A stretch of 64,000 nucleotides of DNA from contig JALMLS010000093.1 of NCBI GenBank assembly GCA_038496445.1, positions 124,001 through 188,000 on the forward strand, written 5' to 3'. Source of the stretch: Trichosphaerium sp. ATCC 40318 (taxonomy: Eukaryota > Protista > Tubulinea). The translations under genes and the position numbers were made by a program. Shown in pieces: positions 1 to 13,058 of this stretch. Numbering within the stretch: the first letter of the stretch is position 1; each line of letters starts with the position of its first letter. The notes under the pieces were generated by a model. The model had not been told where the DNA came from. It did not search any database and worked only from the letters and a program-made list of their open reading frames with translations.

Positions 1-321
1 AAGCCGCCACGGCTAGGGGCTAAAATTTCCTCCAAGGACTGGGAAGCTTTATGCGAGATAAAAGCCAAGATTGTTAGACTCAGGACCACACGTGATAGGT
101 TCAGATCGTTGCTAGAACAACGTAGAAAGATCTTAGATACCAAAGTACAAAACAGACAAAAAGTAAATGAGCGCATAGAAGAGGAGACAGGCAATTTTAT
201 TGATATTATTCAAAAAGAAATGAAGAGCAGTGAAATCAACACACCGCCACCAAAGCACACGCGTGGAGGCAGGCGGAATCTTTCATTTAGGAAGAATCAT
301 CATAGCCTAATAATAAGGTAA
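1..321 (+). CDS. 3' end of a gene entering from the left edge; charged/coiled-coil C-terminus, unknown product
   Basis: Frame 1 is open from base 1 (KPPRLGAKISSKDWEALCEIKAKIVRLRTTRDRFRSLLEQRRK...) to TAA at 319-321, followed by a T-rich 3' region. Confidence 0.55.
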   Translation, partial: KPPRLGAKISSKDWEALCEIKAKIVRLRTTRDRFRSLLEQRRKILDTKVQNRQKVNERIEEETGNFIDIIQKEMKSSEINTPPPKHTRGGRRNLSFRKNHHSLIIR

Positions 322-658
322 AAAGGTAACATTAGATTTTTTTAGTTTTCTGTTAAAGTTTGTTTTTTTTTGCTCCTCCTTGTTTTTCATTATTTTTTTT
401 TCCCCTCTGGACTGCATTTTATTGCAACCAACGCGTGTACGAGCATACTCGTGCATTATATGACCCGTTAAGAGGTCATTTTACTGGTTGCGCCAGAATA
501 CTCGTTGTAAACAACGAAAACCAACTCTAATAATCCAGTTTCAACGTGTACTACTTTTTTTTGAATTCTTTTGGTGATTATAGCCATCGGAGGTCTCTTC
601 ACACTAGATCAGCGCCTTACCGCTCCAATACAATTTAACGACCTTTAGCAAGCACGAC

Positions 659-3526
659 ATGGAAGAGTTTAATAAAAAGCATTTTAAAAATAGAGGGAAG
701 GATGCGAAAAGTGACTCAAAAGATTCTGATGGTGGTAGTGATGCGGTAAATAACTCTTCAAGGTAATTGCAATTGTGGGTTTGGTAGTTTTTGCGCCTAA
801 TCATTAATAGGCGCGGTAAGTTTACCTTCTCCATTGGCTCTACAGTGCCAGTGCGTAGTTCAACGGAAAGAGAGTTCACAGTACGAGTAGATTACACACC
901 GAAATTCTAATTGGGATCTAGTCATACTTGGTTACCGTATCTTACCCCAACATGCAAACCAAGACAATTCTACGTCGTTTCCGCCAGTTTGTAACGCTTC
1001 ACAATGCGGTAAGACCATTTTTGTGCAATGTTTTACCTCTGTTTTTGGTTGCTTGTCACGTAAGAATTATTCTAATTTTGCTTTAATTAGGTGTCAAAAC
1101 GATTTCCTGATTTGAATTTGCCACACTTTCCTAAGAAACGGTTAATGGGTAACCTTAGCAATACGTTGGTTGAAAAGCGTCGCCAAAAACTAGAAGTGTA
1201 CCTTCACTTTGTATCAAGTTTGGCAGGTATTGAAGACTTTTTGGCGTTTCAAACGTTTTTGGGCGGTGATTTACGTCAGCGTGGCATTAAAAAAAAGAAA
1301 AGGAAGCACATGTTTTCTATGGGAAGTACTCAAGATAGTAGTGATTCAGATTTTTCTGATGATGATGGTACACTCTTTGTTTTCATCCGGCATTTGAAAT
1401 TAAATTATTTACTTTTTGTGGTTTTTTTTTTTTTTTCAAATAAGAATTAAACCTTGTTTTTGTAGATTATTTAACGCCTGAGGAGCGTGAGAAGGTGTTG
1501 AATAAAGAAAAGAGAATTCTAAAGGTTGAAGGGTATTTGAGACTTTTGGATAGCTCAATTGAGAAGCTTAAAGCGATAGAACGTAAGTTTGGAGTAGTTC
1601 GTTGTTAATTCATTAATTTTTGTGCTTGTAGGTTGCTTTCAACAAGTTCAAGAAAAGGAAGATTTTATCCCATTGTCCGAGTACTCCAAACTAGTTGTAC
1701 AAATAGGTCGTCACCTGGAGAACCGCGACCCAGAGCCTGATTTGGTAGCAAAAGACATGACACAAGAACAGGCGGCCAAGATTAAAAACCCAAGAATTCG
1801 CAGTATTCGCATGAAAATGACGCCTGCAATCGCAGAGATTATTTCCAAGTTGTCTATGCTTAAAGGAGAGCTGTTGAATATTGATATGCCGGATGACGTG
1901 GTTCAGGACTTGATGGAACTTGTCAAGCGCACAGACGAAATTGTGAATTCTGTCAGTTTGGTTGTGCCCGTTGTAGGCTATAAGATTGAATCAGGCACCG
2001 CTTCAATGTCTAGAGATAATTCTTGGAAGGACTTTATACCAGAGAATGCGCCATGGTACAAAATGTACTTCCACAATCAAGGTATCCAGTTCTGTTTTTG
2101 TAAATGTGTTTTGCTAAATTATCACTTACAGAGCACATGAATTATTTGGCAAGTGATGGAGGTAGCCACATAGTAGTATCTGTAAAGGAAGAAGCAGTAT
2201 GTTTTTTGAAACAATCACGTGACTTACTCCTATTTTTAACTCGTAATGTTAGGAGAGCAAACTATATCGCCTCATCATTAGATCAAAGGATGGCAATAAC
2301 TTTCACACGGTTACAACAGAGCGATTCGCGTTTACTGATTGGAGAGAAAACTACGAAGAAATTATTTGGACTGTAGAGCCAAAGTTGCGCGAAATGGAGG
2401 CCGAGTTTGTACCACTTGATAAGCCTGGACTTCAGCAAGCTTTTATCAACTACGAAACACGAGATATGAGGGTAACCTAATGCTTATTATTCGTAAACTT
2501 ATTTTTTTGTAGTTGACAAAGAAGTTCAAATTTGGTATTGTACTATGTAAGAAGGGACAAACCAAAGAGGAGGAGATGTTTACAAATCGTACGATAATTA
2601 TTCCTTTACGATTTAGCGCACCAATAGCTGTTGACAAGTGTGCTTAGAGCAAGGATCAGCTGATTACACCGACTTTTTGAACATTGCTGGTAAAACTATA
2701 GATATGTCAAAGAATTTTTCAGGCTACACTGGTGGCTTGTCACTAGAAAAAGAGACTGGCCAGTATTCTGTGTATGCGCTTTGGCGAGATTTTGAGGTGA
2801 TGTATCACGTATCAACCATGTTACCCCAATCAGATGACAACGCACAACAGGTAACCGACCGACATGACTCTCTTATTATTATGAATAATTGCGCAATAAT
2901 GTTGTCTTGTTAACATTGCTTCAGGTGCACAAAAAGAGACATATTGGTAACGACATTGTTGTCGTCATCTTCCAGGAGGCAGGTAGCTTGCCTTTTCATC
3001 CGACTACCGTTAAGTCCAACTATATTCGTGCGTTGTCGTATTTTTAAAGAGCGTCTACGATTGTTTTTAATGTGTTTTTTGTAAAGAGATACAAATCGTA
3101 GTGCGTGCTATTAGAGATCCCAAACTACCAAGGAAAGGACCACCGTATTATCACGTGTCTGTAGTGAATCAAAGCGATGTTCCTGAGTATGGACCACCAT
3201 TGCCTTATCCACCAATATTCAGACACGACGACAAATTCAAAGATTGGTTAATGGAGAAGCGTAAGACCCTACCTTTTTAAATCCATTTTCTAACACGTGA
3301 TTACAGTGGTTAATAGCGAATTGGCCGCGTACAGAAGTAAATTATTTGTACAGCAGCTGCGATCAACTTACAGGGCTCTTATTAAAGACTTTGTTCAAAA
3401 CTTTGCGCCTGACGAAAAGGTAATTAGCGCTTGTTAACGCATCTCACTTTACTTATGGTAACCCCAATCTAGGTCATGCGTAAATTAAGAAAAGACAGAA
3501 AGAAGAAAGATGACAAGAAAAGATAG
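659..3526 (+). CDS. PX-domain plus Rap/Ran-GAP domain protein (multi-exon)
   Basis: PX motifs: ILRRFRQFVTLHN, LPHFPKK...VEKRRQKLEVYL. RapGAP motifs: KFKFGIVLCKKGQTKEEEMF, YTGGL, EVMYHVSTMLP, KRHIGNDIVVVIFQE, PEYGPPLP. Exons are joined by short GT-AG introns; stop TAG at 3524-3526. Confidence 0.85.
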
Positions 3527-3690
3527 TTGTTGAACTTGGTGAGCCTTGTAACTTTGTAAATGTAAATATATATCTAGTATACTACAAAGTAAAAAACTGC
3601 CTTTTCTCAAACATTCAAGTTGGTATGCAATTGGCGCTGGACAGTTTAAAAAAGAAGTTTCTATTTTGGAAACATAGGGTGTATTTATGT

Positions 3691-6600
3691 CTATGCTATT
3701 TTACAAATGCGCTTGAAAGTGTCGATCAATTCGTCGAGGTCTTGATCAATCTCAAAGACTTCCATGGCCGAGAAAATAATGTCAACACCTGAAATAATCA
3801 TGTCCTTCAATTTGCCCTTCTCATCTGCAGATATTGCACCCTTCTTGTACGCAAGAGAAACCAAGAGGAGCATCTTAGTAATGGATCGCGTAGGTTGTGC
3901 TGGTTGAGAGGCCGCAAAACCTCCCTGTGACGGTAGGTAGGATTGCGATGCGGAAGGTGGCGGAACTGCTGTGCCAGCACGGCCCGCAGGTATTGGAGAA
4001 AAGCCAACGAGCGCAGCAGCACCCGTTGGTTGTGGACCAAATGGCTTGGATGGGCTAGCCTGAGGTGCTCCACCTGTAACAAGAAAATTTGTAAATAAGT
4101 TGCACAAACCACAGTGATTATGCTTACCGAAGCGCTTCTGAGGTGACTGGAAGTTCTGAGAGAGCAATTGTGGTACTGGACTGCGCGAAGGGGACCCGCT
4201 GAGTTCAAACAGTTGTGAGCCCGGTTGTGTTAAAGGTGCAGGCGTGGCTCCTGGTTGAGGTCCGAAAAGCGAAGGTGATTGCTGTGAGCTCTCGCCAATG
4301 AGAGGCACTATCGCAGATTGTTAAATCAAAGGGCAAACACATTTCATGGTGGGAACGTACTGCGTAATCCACTGTTAAAGCCAAATTGTTGTGGTTGTGG
4401 AAGGGGCGTGCTAGGAGCGGCCGCAGAGGCAGGTTGCTGGTACTGTTGCGCGACAGGTACGGCTGCAGGTACGGCCGCAGGTAAAGTACTAAGTCCGGTT
4501 CCCCAAACATTGCTGGCGGCTGGAGCGGCTGTGTTAGTGTTTCCCCATGCGGAGGTGGGTGGAGCGGCTGCAGCTAGCAAAGAGAGTGAGTAAAATGTGC
4601 CAAACTAAGGACCATTGACGCTTACCTGGTGCGCACCAATTCCAACCACCACTTACTGCCTTTGAAGCAGAAGGTAGTGCTTTTGGTAGTCTTTTTTTAG
4701 GTAACGTTTTTGTAGGTAACCTTGCTGCCTTTTTGGTTTTGCGTGCTTTTTTTGTTTTTTTTGCTTTCTTCGCTGGTCTCTTCGTTGCCATTTTCCTTGG
4801 TGGTTTGTATGGCTTGGCTTTGAGCTTGAACTGATTACCCTTTTTCCTGGCAGGTGGCGCATACCCAGAAGGTTCTAAAGAGAAGAAATTATTATTTAAG
4901 TCATAAAGTAGATAAATACAAAAGCTACAACGCTGTACATACTTCCAGGTTCAGCGTAAGCGCCCTTCTCCCAATTCTCATCAATGACGGGATGAAAACT
5001 TCCTGTCATCAACTTTCTTGTGTACCCATTATCGTAGTCCTGGTATGCAGGGTTGTCCGTTACCCAAGAAACACCACTAAAAAAAAAACGACATGTGAGC
5101 TTATCACCATTGTGTCAAAGAATTTAGGGTACCCTTGGAGAGCTTCATCGATTGAGGTTACAAAAACCCAAGCCTTCTTTGAACCGCCAGGCTTAGTTTG
5201 AGGGCGATCACGGAGGGTACCAACCGCATTTTCATGACCGTCCTTTGTTGTTCCTTTGCGAGCGGCGAAAAAAGTAGCCTTAGCTCTGGAATTGAGCTTG
5301 TTCGTAATGCGTGGTGCGAACCAGCCTGGACCCCAAGGAATGTGTAATTCAGAGTAGTCAGATTTCTCCTCTTCGGTGTCCTTGCTGCGTTTTGGGACGT
5401 AGGATCCGCTGGACGCTCTGTGATCGTACATGAGTAATTTGGCGAGCCCAGTAGTGTCTCTTAGACGGTTGGAGAAGATGGTAGGATCAACGCGGGCCTT
5501 GTCCAGATTTGGAACGGCCACTGCAAATCCACGTTTGCTGTATTTGAATAAACGTTGTTCGTAAGTGAGAGAACGACGTGAGTGGTTGACCTTGGAGGTG
5601 GCGTGAGTGTGGCAATCGAACGAATGACAACGAGTGAACGTCAAAAAAAAATAGTGTAGCGTTAACGTACCAAGTTGTAACCCTTGTTCAAAGCGCGCTT
5701 ACCACGCTCCATAGCCCAAACTCTATCGCCATCGTAACCAACTACGACCACAGGTTAATTAAAAGGCATCAAAGCGTTACTTCGTACGTGTGCAGGAGTC
5801 GATATCAAAGCCAAGCAAAACTTCGCAAGGGGATTTGTACAACCTCAAAATGATTTGGACGTGGCGGTTAGGATAACTATTCAAGATGGTAATGGCACGC
5901 TCAGTTCTAATGACGTCGCCACGAGAACGAGTGTTTTGCGTTACGATTTGGTGAATGTGACGCAATTTCTGATTTGCCTCGTGCTCAGAGTGTATGCCCG
6001 TCAAGAAAATGTCGATGTCTGACGATTTGAAGCCGTCTTCGTCGCTTGACAAGCATGCTATTTTGAAAAAAGTTAGCGACAAAAAAATTATGAGAGAACT
6101 ACGTTTAAGCGTCTCTGCACGTAAACGCAAACTTACCAAGCACAGCACCACCAGAAATAAAGACGTTTGACCAATCCATGCCATCCAAAACGCCATTCGT
6201 GAAAGTTTTCCAACGTCTTTCGAATACGTCCTTTGCCACTATGGAGCTACCCACACGACCCAATACGCGACTCTGGGTGAGCAGTTTTGGAATTTTTTTC
6301 TAAGCAAACGCGTAAGCCGCTTTTGGTTTTAAAACTTTTTTGTTTTCAAATAGTAACCTCGTCAGGCGTTTCTTCCTCGTACTGGAATGCGTGTTGATTA
6401 GAGAACACGTCAATTAAAAGTAGATGAGGGTCATTCAGCTCAGAACTAGGAAAAATAGTTAGTCGTACAAACTTACAAAGCACACCGCACCTGTGCGGGT
6501 TCTCAGCGAATATTTGACGATAGCGATCCTGGCGGGTTGGTCAGTTTAAAATACCACGAAAAGATGTCTTGTACCTCTTCCGCTATTAGAGTCTTTTGAG

Positions 6601-6692
6601 CATCTCTGCAAGCCGTATTAGCAAAAATGTACAAAGAAATGGTTGTGGTACGTCATTGGCGCTGGTGGTTCGTAGTTAGTAGTAGAAGCCAT
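3691..6692 (-). CDS. Pol-beta-superfamily nucleotidyltransferase-like protein with Lys-rich and Pro/Gln-rich linkers and a C-terminal helical domain
   Basis: GGAVL(A)CL...SSDIDIFLTGI, RHVQIILRLYKSPCEVLLGFDIDSC and RSLTYEQRLFKYSKRGF in the reconstructed exons. ATG at 6692 (MASTTNYEPP). Linkage of the 3691-4900 exons to the same gene is inferred from short-intron spacing. Confidence 0.6.
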
Positions 6693-6988
6693 AGTCGCGT
6701 TGATTGGGGGTAATACAAAGGTGCTTCTTGGAACGCGGGTGAGGCTGTTTACAAACAAATTCAAAAAAAGTAAATCACTGACTTAACCCAACTAACTAAT
6801 AAAACACAACACACTCTACCTTCAATGAAAAATAGACAACCCGTCAAAGAGTACAATAGTTTATACACATTTACAGTAGCCACCTTAATGTCATTTTTCC
6901 TCAAAATATTTTAAATATTGGCTAATCCTAAATAGGCACTGAATACCCGCCAACCTGCACATTTTTTAGCGCCAAAACGTGCTAAATA

Positions 6989-9900
6989 CTAAAACTGTAC
7001 CTTTGGCTCTATTTTACATGATTCCTGGTACGCTGTGATGTCTTCTAATGCTACAAAGTTCAAAATGTATTCTCGAATTGTTGGCACAGGTTTAAGATTG
7101 TACGACAGCTGCTGATACAACCCAATCTTTTGCAAACGCTCAGCAACACGTTCTCGTTTAGAAAAGTTAATTTTGCCATTATCTTGGACATCCATCGCGC
7201 CTTCGTCTACTTTTACGAGGTCTGTCAAAAAAACTCCTAGGTGCAAGTTAGAAGGCTATCGCACATTTTTCTAAGCAAAACGCAAAACTGTGTTTTTAAA
7301 ATTGTTGTGATACCTAAATACGGAACAATAGGCGGTGATGAGTTGGATAGCGCCTGACGATAGCATTGAAACCCTCCATCACGCAGGAACAACCCGCGTA
7401 GGTCTTGCAAGTCTTTCAGGCGTTGTTTATTGACCTTGCTGAACGTCTTATAGAGGCGATGGACCGCTGAGTTGCCGAGAGCACCCAGAATCGCCATTGT
7501 CGCAGAATAGTTATTGAGATTACGGCACTCCTATACTTGGATTAAAAAGAATGCGCTGTGGCCGTAAAACGGATTGCATCGGTCACGTACAGATGCCAAA
7601 AGTATCGCTTTTTCTACTACTTTGACACGCTTAGATATAGCAGTGACTGTAACAATCTACTTGATGTTAGACAGTATTCACCTCATGCACTTCTTTTTTT
7701 GAAAGAAGCAAGGATTTTGTTACCTCGGTGACAACCCAGCGCACAAGCTTGTTGGAATACCCACTCATTTTTAACAAGTTAGGTGATCGTCTTTCCTTAT
7801 CTTTTCGTGTCCACCCAAGCTCTATAATCATGGGTGAGGATTGGTTGTCAAGTAATAATGTACCTAAAAATTCCTTGGCATGTATCTTGGTAAATATGTC
7901 AAAGTGTATGACTGTGATTTGACGCGCTAATTCGACTGGTGATATTTCCAGAAAAGAAACACTGCGTGGATACAGTGGCCTCGGTGGCGGTTCAGAAAAC
8001 ACAGACTTTGAGTGCGACTGTTCTATTGTAGTTGCAGCCTAATTGTTGTACAGCATCAGCGAGCCAGTAATCTTTGTGTGCTGTGAATTGTTCACGAACC
8101 TGCTTGTCCAGTATAGCACGCATGTACTTGCCCACACTTCGTCCTTCCGATTGTATTATGACGTGACCTAGTTTCTTAAACCCATTCAACAAGTGTGGAT
8201 CCTCTATAAAGTCGACAGCAAACTTCTCAGCCCAGTTCTTTAAAAAGTTAACGATGCGCAATCTGTATTTCCTTTCATCTTGGACGTTCGTGTAATACCG
8301 GTACTGACTTGTAAGGCGTGACAACAAGTTATTTGTGGTCGTGAACGATCGGTAGGTGAGTAGAAAAGTGGTGAGATACCATTCTAAGCGGTGGAATGAG
8401 CCAGTGCAAACTGCTATAACGACAATATGCAACGTACGATCAGTTGAGCCATCAAAGAGCTTGTCTATCAGATTTTCAACACTGCCCTCCAATACAACCT
8501 CTTTGCGATCAACTCGTTTCTTACGAAGATAGACATGTTTCAAAAATGGGTTGGATGCAATACACCTTTCTATTGAATTGTATCGCCTGTCGCCCTGTGT
8601 AATGATGTGACCACTAGGTGTCAACACCCGCACCAATCGAAAATGGTCAACGCCTTGGGTTCCAACATAACTATGCTGATTTAGCCATGTGCCTGGTAGG
8701 TAGCGTATAGTAGCTACCAATTTGTATGCTTACCTAACAGTCAAGTTGCAAGGGGCACTGCTGAAACGAACGAGAAACGTTCCAACTCTCTGATTAGCAA
8801 GCGCCATATTTGCGTTAGTTGCAGTAAAGTCACCATAAAACCATCTTACAAAACGTGTCAATAACAAACGAAAGAGGCTCGTTGGTTTGTAATCAATCAC
8901 GCACTGCTTCGTGTGCAACGTTGTGGCGCAAGCAAACCTACAAATTGATGTCGCATAGCGTTGCACAATGGAATGTACAGTTGGAAAGGGTTTTGAGTGT
9001 TCGTCTTCGTTGATCTAGACAATACTTTGTCAACCCCTTATGTGAATCACTAGACTGCGCACTCTGAATCCTTCATCAGTGATCACCACTCGCACTGCAC
9101 CAACGCCCTTGGTCTTATCTTCTTTGGTATGGACATAGTTCATTGCGAGACTCCCTGGACTAGACTGGGAGAATCGAATCAAAAAGGTACCTGGCCTTTC
9201 TACGCATTGATAGTAAGTAAGCGTAAGTAACAAAGAAAAAAATAAAAAGCGTTTGACGGTCTCACCTGCTTCTAGTAGTTTGATGGAGATGAAAGACGAA
9301 ATAAAGCCATAGAACCAAGGTTGATTAGTCAGACGCTTTAGCTAAGTGGAGGGTGATGATTTAAACAGTGTTGCAAAGTAATACATACATTTGTAATGCA
9401 TTGATTAATAGGTCCAAACCCACACATAAACGCTGAAAACGAATAGACATTTATGTAACCGCTAATAGAAAAAGAACAAGTCAGTTTCGTAATTTTCTTG
9501 TACGAAGGGTTCCGCACGTGGTTGAGGTATCTTCAAAACATGAGTAAGTATGAAGTAACAGTGATGTGTGGATTGGTACTTACCAAGCAAATGTCTCAAG
9601 TATGCCTCTTCTTTGGCTGTAATTTCGGCGTTTGTGCGCCTACATAGCACCTCTTTGAAAACACCCCAGTCCACTGTTGACTTCTAAGCACTCGAGTTAT
9701 GCACCAAATTTTTGTTCAAATGAAAACGAGGTGTACCTTTAATCCAAATTCTTTGTCCCAAAACTGCTTCAACTCTTCGTTTGAGAGAAGGTATCTAATC
9801 GCTTTCTTTTGATCTTGCGATGATACGCTGCTGCTATCAGATCGCATACGCACGTATAGCTTCCTTTCAAGAGTAGTCTCTTTGGTAATGGACTCGAGGT

Positions 9901-12739
9901 GCCTGATTCGTTTTTGTCAGAAACCATAGAGGTATTTTAATGAGTACATTAAAAATTGGTCCAGTTGCATTTTCATTGCCAACGTTAGCTTATCTATCTT
10001 GTTCATTGATTTGTTGGATCCTCTAACGCGATCTAAAATCGCTTGTTTTCCTCCGAGGATACCCTGCTTCGCAGATAGTATTTTTTTTACAGCTTCTACC
10101 AACCAGAAATCAATAAGCACATAACTCGTCGAGGTAGAACGTACTTTCTTGTTTGACAAGACAACTGTTGAAAATGTCAATATACGACGTATCAATAAGC
10201 TCGTGAACTACGCTCACATCAAATTCCTCCAACTTGTTGAAGGTTATAATCTACAGTACGAACACACATCAGCAAAAAGCTTGGTGGTCATTTCACTAAT
10301 AAATAGATTTGATTCTCTTACTAGTGTTTGCAAGTTGCCAACGCTATTTGCAACATCTTCAGCTTTTCTTGTACGTAAGTACTTGAGCACTTGAGCCACA
10401 CGTGCTTTACATGCGCGTATAATAATCAACTGAGGCCAAAAATAAGTAATAGGTAAAAACGGTATTATAATACGGTTACCTTGTCTCCATTCATCTTGTA
10501 CAGGTACCTTGGTGCCGTTCGACCCTCTTTCGTTCCCTGTATTGAACAATGATTAGTCTCAAGTGCCAAGATAAAACGTACAGAAAACATAAAGGCGCTG
10601 TGTGATATGGACAGTTTGACAATGTCAACAAAGACAGATGCTCGTTTTCCAGAGTGCTTCATCAAGATGGGCTGAAATACTTTGGACAGTATATCCACTG
10701 TATTTGTTTGGTTGTCTTTTGCTGCGCATTGTTGAACTATGCCAAGAAGTAGTTTATACAAGAAGGCCAGAGTGAAAAAATGCCGTTCTGGGAAGCACAT
10801 GTACAGCTCGTGAAAAGCTTGCTGTTTGCGTTTGCCCTTTACTACATACGAGAAATCAGTCATTGGGAGCGCTTATCCTTGTCAACGCACGTTTTGAAAT
10901 GGCAGACATGACGTCGTAAAAACACTCTTAAAAAATAAGTAAGCCAAAAGGGTTTAAGTTGTTGATGCTTGCCTGGGTAAAGGGAAGTTGGCATAAGTTT
11001 TAGAAAGCGCAATAGTAAATGTGTTACAGAGTGTGGATCAAACACGCCCGAGAAGTCACAAGAACCAGCGTTTACATTGGCACGAAGTCGGTCAATCTCC
11101 ATTTTAGTACCTGGTAACCTAAATAATCCTGGAAGACAGGAACACTCGGATGCAATGTATTCTATACATCTAAAATACGAGGAAAGTCATTAGCGAAAGT
11201 TGGTGATTGGAATTGCATGTCAATTACTTTACAACCAAGTCAGGTACTTGAGTATCAATCGACAGCAAGGAACGCTGTTTTTCAATGACTGCACGCAAAG
11301 ATATACCGAACATGCGGTGTGTGAATCCTCTAACATAATGGTACTCGTGCTAACGATGACTTAGTGTGTACACCAAAGTAATACTATCGTACGTTATAGG
11401 ACAGTAGCTTGGCACTATAACGCTGCCTTGCTGAAGAAGAAGAAAGGGCTAGTATAGTGTCTTCAAAAGCATCCAACCAGGTGTCTTTAGTAGCTAGATT
11501 CTTAAAACGAAAAGTATATTTCGTGTCAGCCTCCATATCAACAATGTCAAGCGCGTTGTGGTTGCCTTGCCATACTGTTAGTTGGTGTTGTACACACGTA
11601 ACATAACTACATACCACTTTCAGTCTCGCGTATACTTCCTGCCACGTATAGGTTAGACACCTGTAATACACGCTACACGTGTGATGTAAGCGATTGGAAT
11701 CCTTATGTGTAGCATTTACCTGTGTCTTAAAGTGTACAACCACATTTTTCTTCTTAACCTCCTTCGCAATGACAAATATGTCATTAAATAAAAAACATAT
11801 CTTTTGTTCCACCAAGGATACCAACCCGAAAGGGCCAAATGAACATTTTTCCATATGTCCACTACAAATAAGCTCACGAGTGGCAATGTTCAGCGAGCTA
11901 CCACCAGTGTACTTGGAAAAGTCGACAAGCCGACGTTCAATTTTGCCTACTTTGCTGGTTTTTCCTTGTCGGGCTGCTAGCGCTGCACGTGCAGCACCAA
12001 TAATGGCCTCTCTCGCACCAACTCCAGTCTTCTACAGGAAACGTGATGAATACCAACTCCATATTGCAAACGCAATCGTACAGCGCTGGTTTCGTAGTAC
12101 GAAGCGGTCATCCCTTGAGCACATTTTGCTATTGAAGCTACTGGAACACGTCGTTTGTCTACCAAGTCCGCTGCAGGGGTGAATTAACCTAAGAAACACG
12201 CAAGCATATAAAGAACGAACCCTTGGTAGCTACGAGTGTTACTGGCTTGGAATGGCCAATTACATCCTTGATTCTATTCGCGTAGTTGTAACAGGCACTA
12301 AAGCTCTCTGCAGACGTAATGCTAAAAGCGAGCATAAATGCATCAGCGCGCTTGATTTGCTACTTTTTGTTAAACGGAAAGTTGTGCACGTGATGCGTGC
12401 CGCAGTTGACATGGCCTCTCCTGGAGTGTCGATAACAACGATGTTACATAAACGATCTAGGTGCAAAACGATTAGTTACACTGAAACAAAAGAGGCAATG
12501 AGCTAACGTACTGTTGACTTGGATTTTAACGCTCTTGTACGCAGCTAAATAAATAAGAGTCAACTCGAAAAACATGTTGTACGTCTAGTGGTTGGTTCTG
12601 TTGTTGCAGAAAATGTATCAGAGTTTAGTTGGCCTAGTAGACTTGTCTTTCCAACTCCACTTCGCCCCACCATTACCTACAGGATAGTTGGATCTAATGT
12701 TACCTCTATTTTATTAATTGCTGAATTAAACGTTGGCAT
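6989..12739 (-). CDS. Multidomain signalling protein: PH - RhoGAP - (IQ-like) - SH2 - SH2 - REM - RasGEF(CDC25)
   Basis: PH: CFLFNDIFVIAK...KDTWLDAFEDTI. RhoGAP: PGLFRLPG, DPHSVTHLLLRFLKLMP, LYKMN. SH2-1: WFYGFIS...PGTFLIRFSQSSPGSLAMNYV. SH2-2: WFYGDF...VGTFLVRFSS. REM: EGSVENLIDKL, FLLTYRSFTT, RIVNFLKNW. CDC25: SPVELARQIT, LGALGNSAVHRL, PPIVPYLGVFLTDL, INFSKR. Confidence 0.8.
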
Positions 12740-13058
12740 ACAGCAATTTTCGTACAAGGTGAACGCTTTGGCGCTACTAAAACAAAAAAAAAGTGCCACA
12801 ACACTGTACGTGCCAAAAAAACCTCTACGAATTCAGCTGTCATCACTCTATTATTCACTTGCGTGATACAAGCTGCTAGGCTACTCTAAGAGCAAATTAC
12901 GTAATTTGTAACACTTGTATAGCTATAAAAACTGAGAGAACTCATGCCACGCAACACAACGCTAGCGGCAATCGTTTGCATGCACAGCTCACTTTTTTTT
13001 CTTAAGTCACATCATTAAGCTATTTCATCGCTAAACTGAAACCAAAAAAAGCACCACA

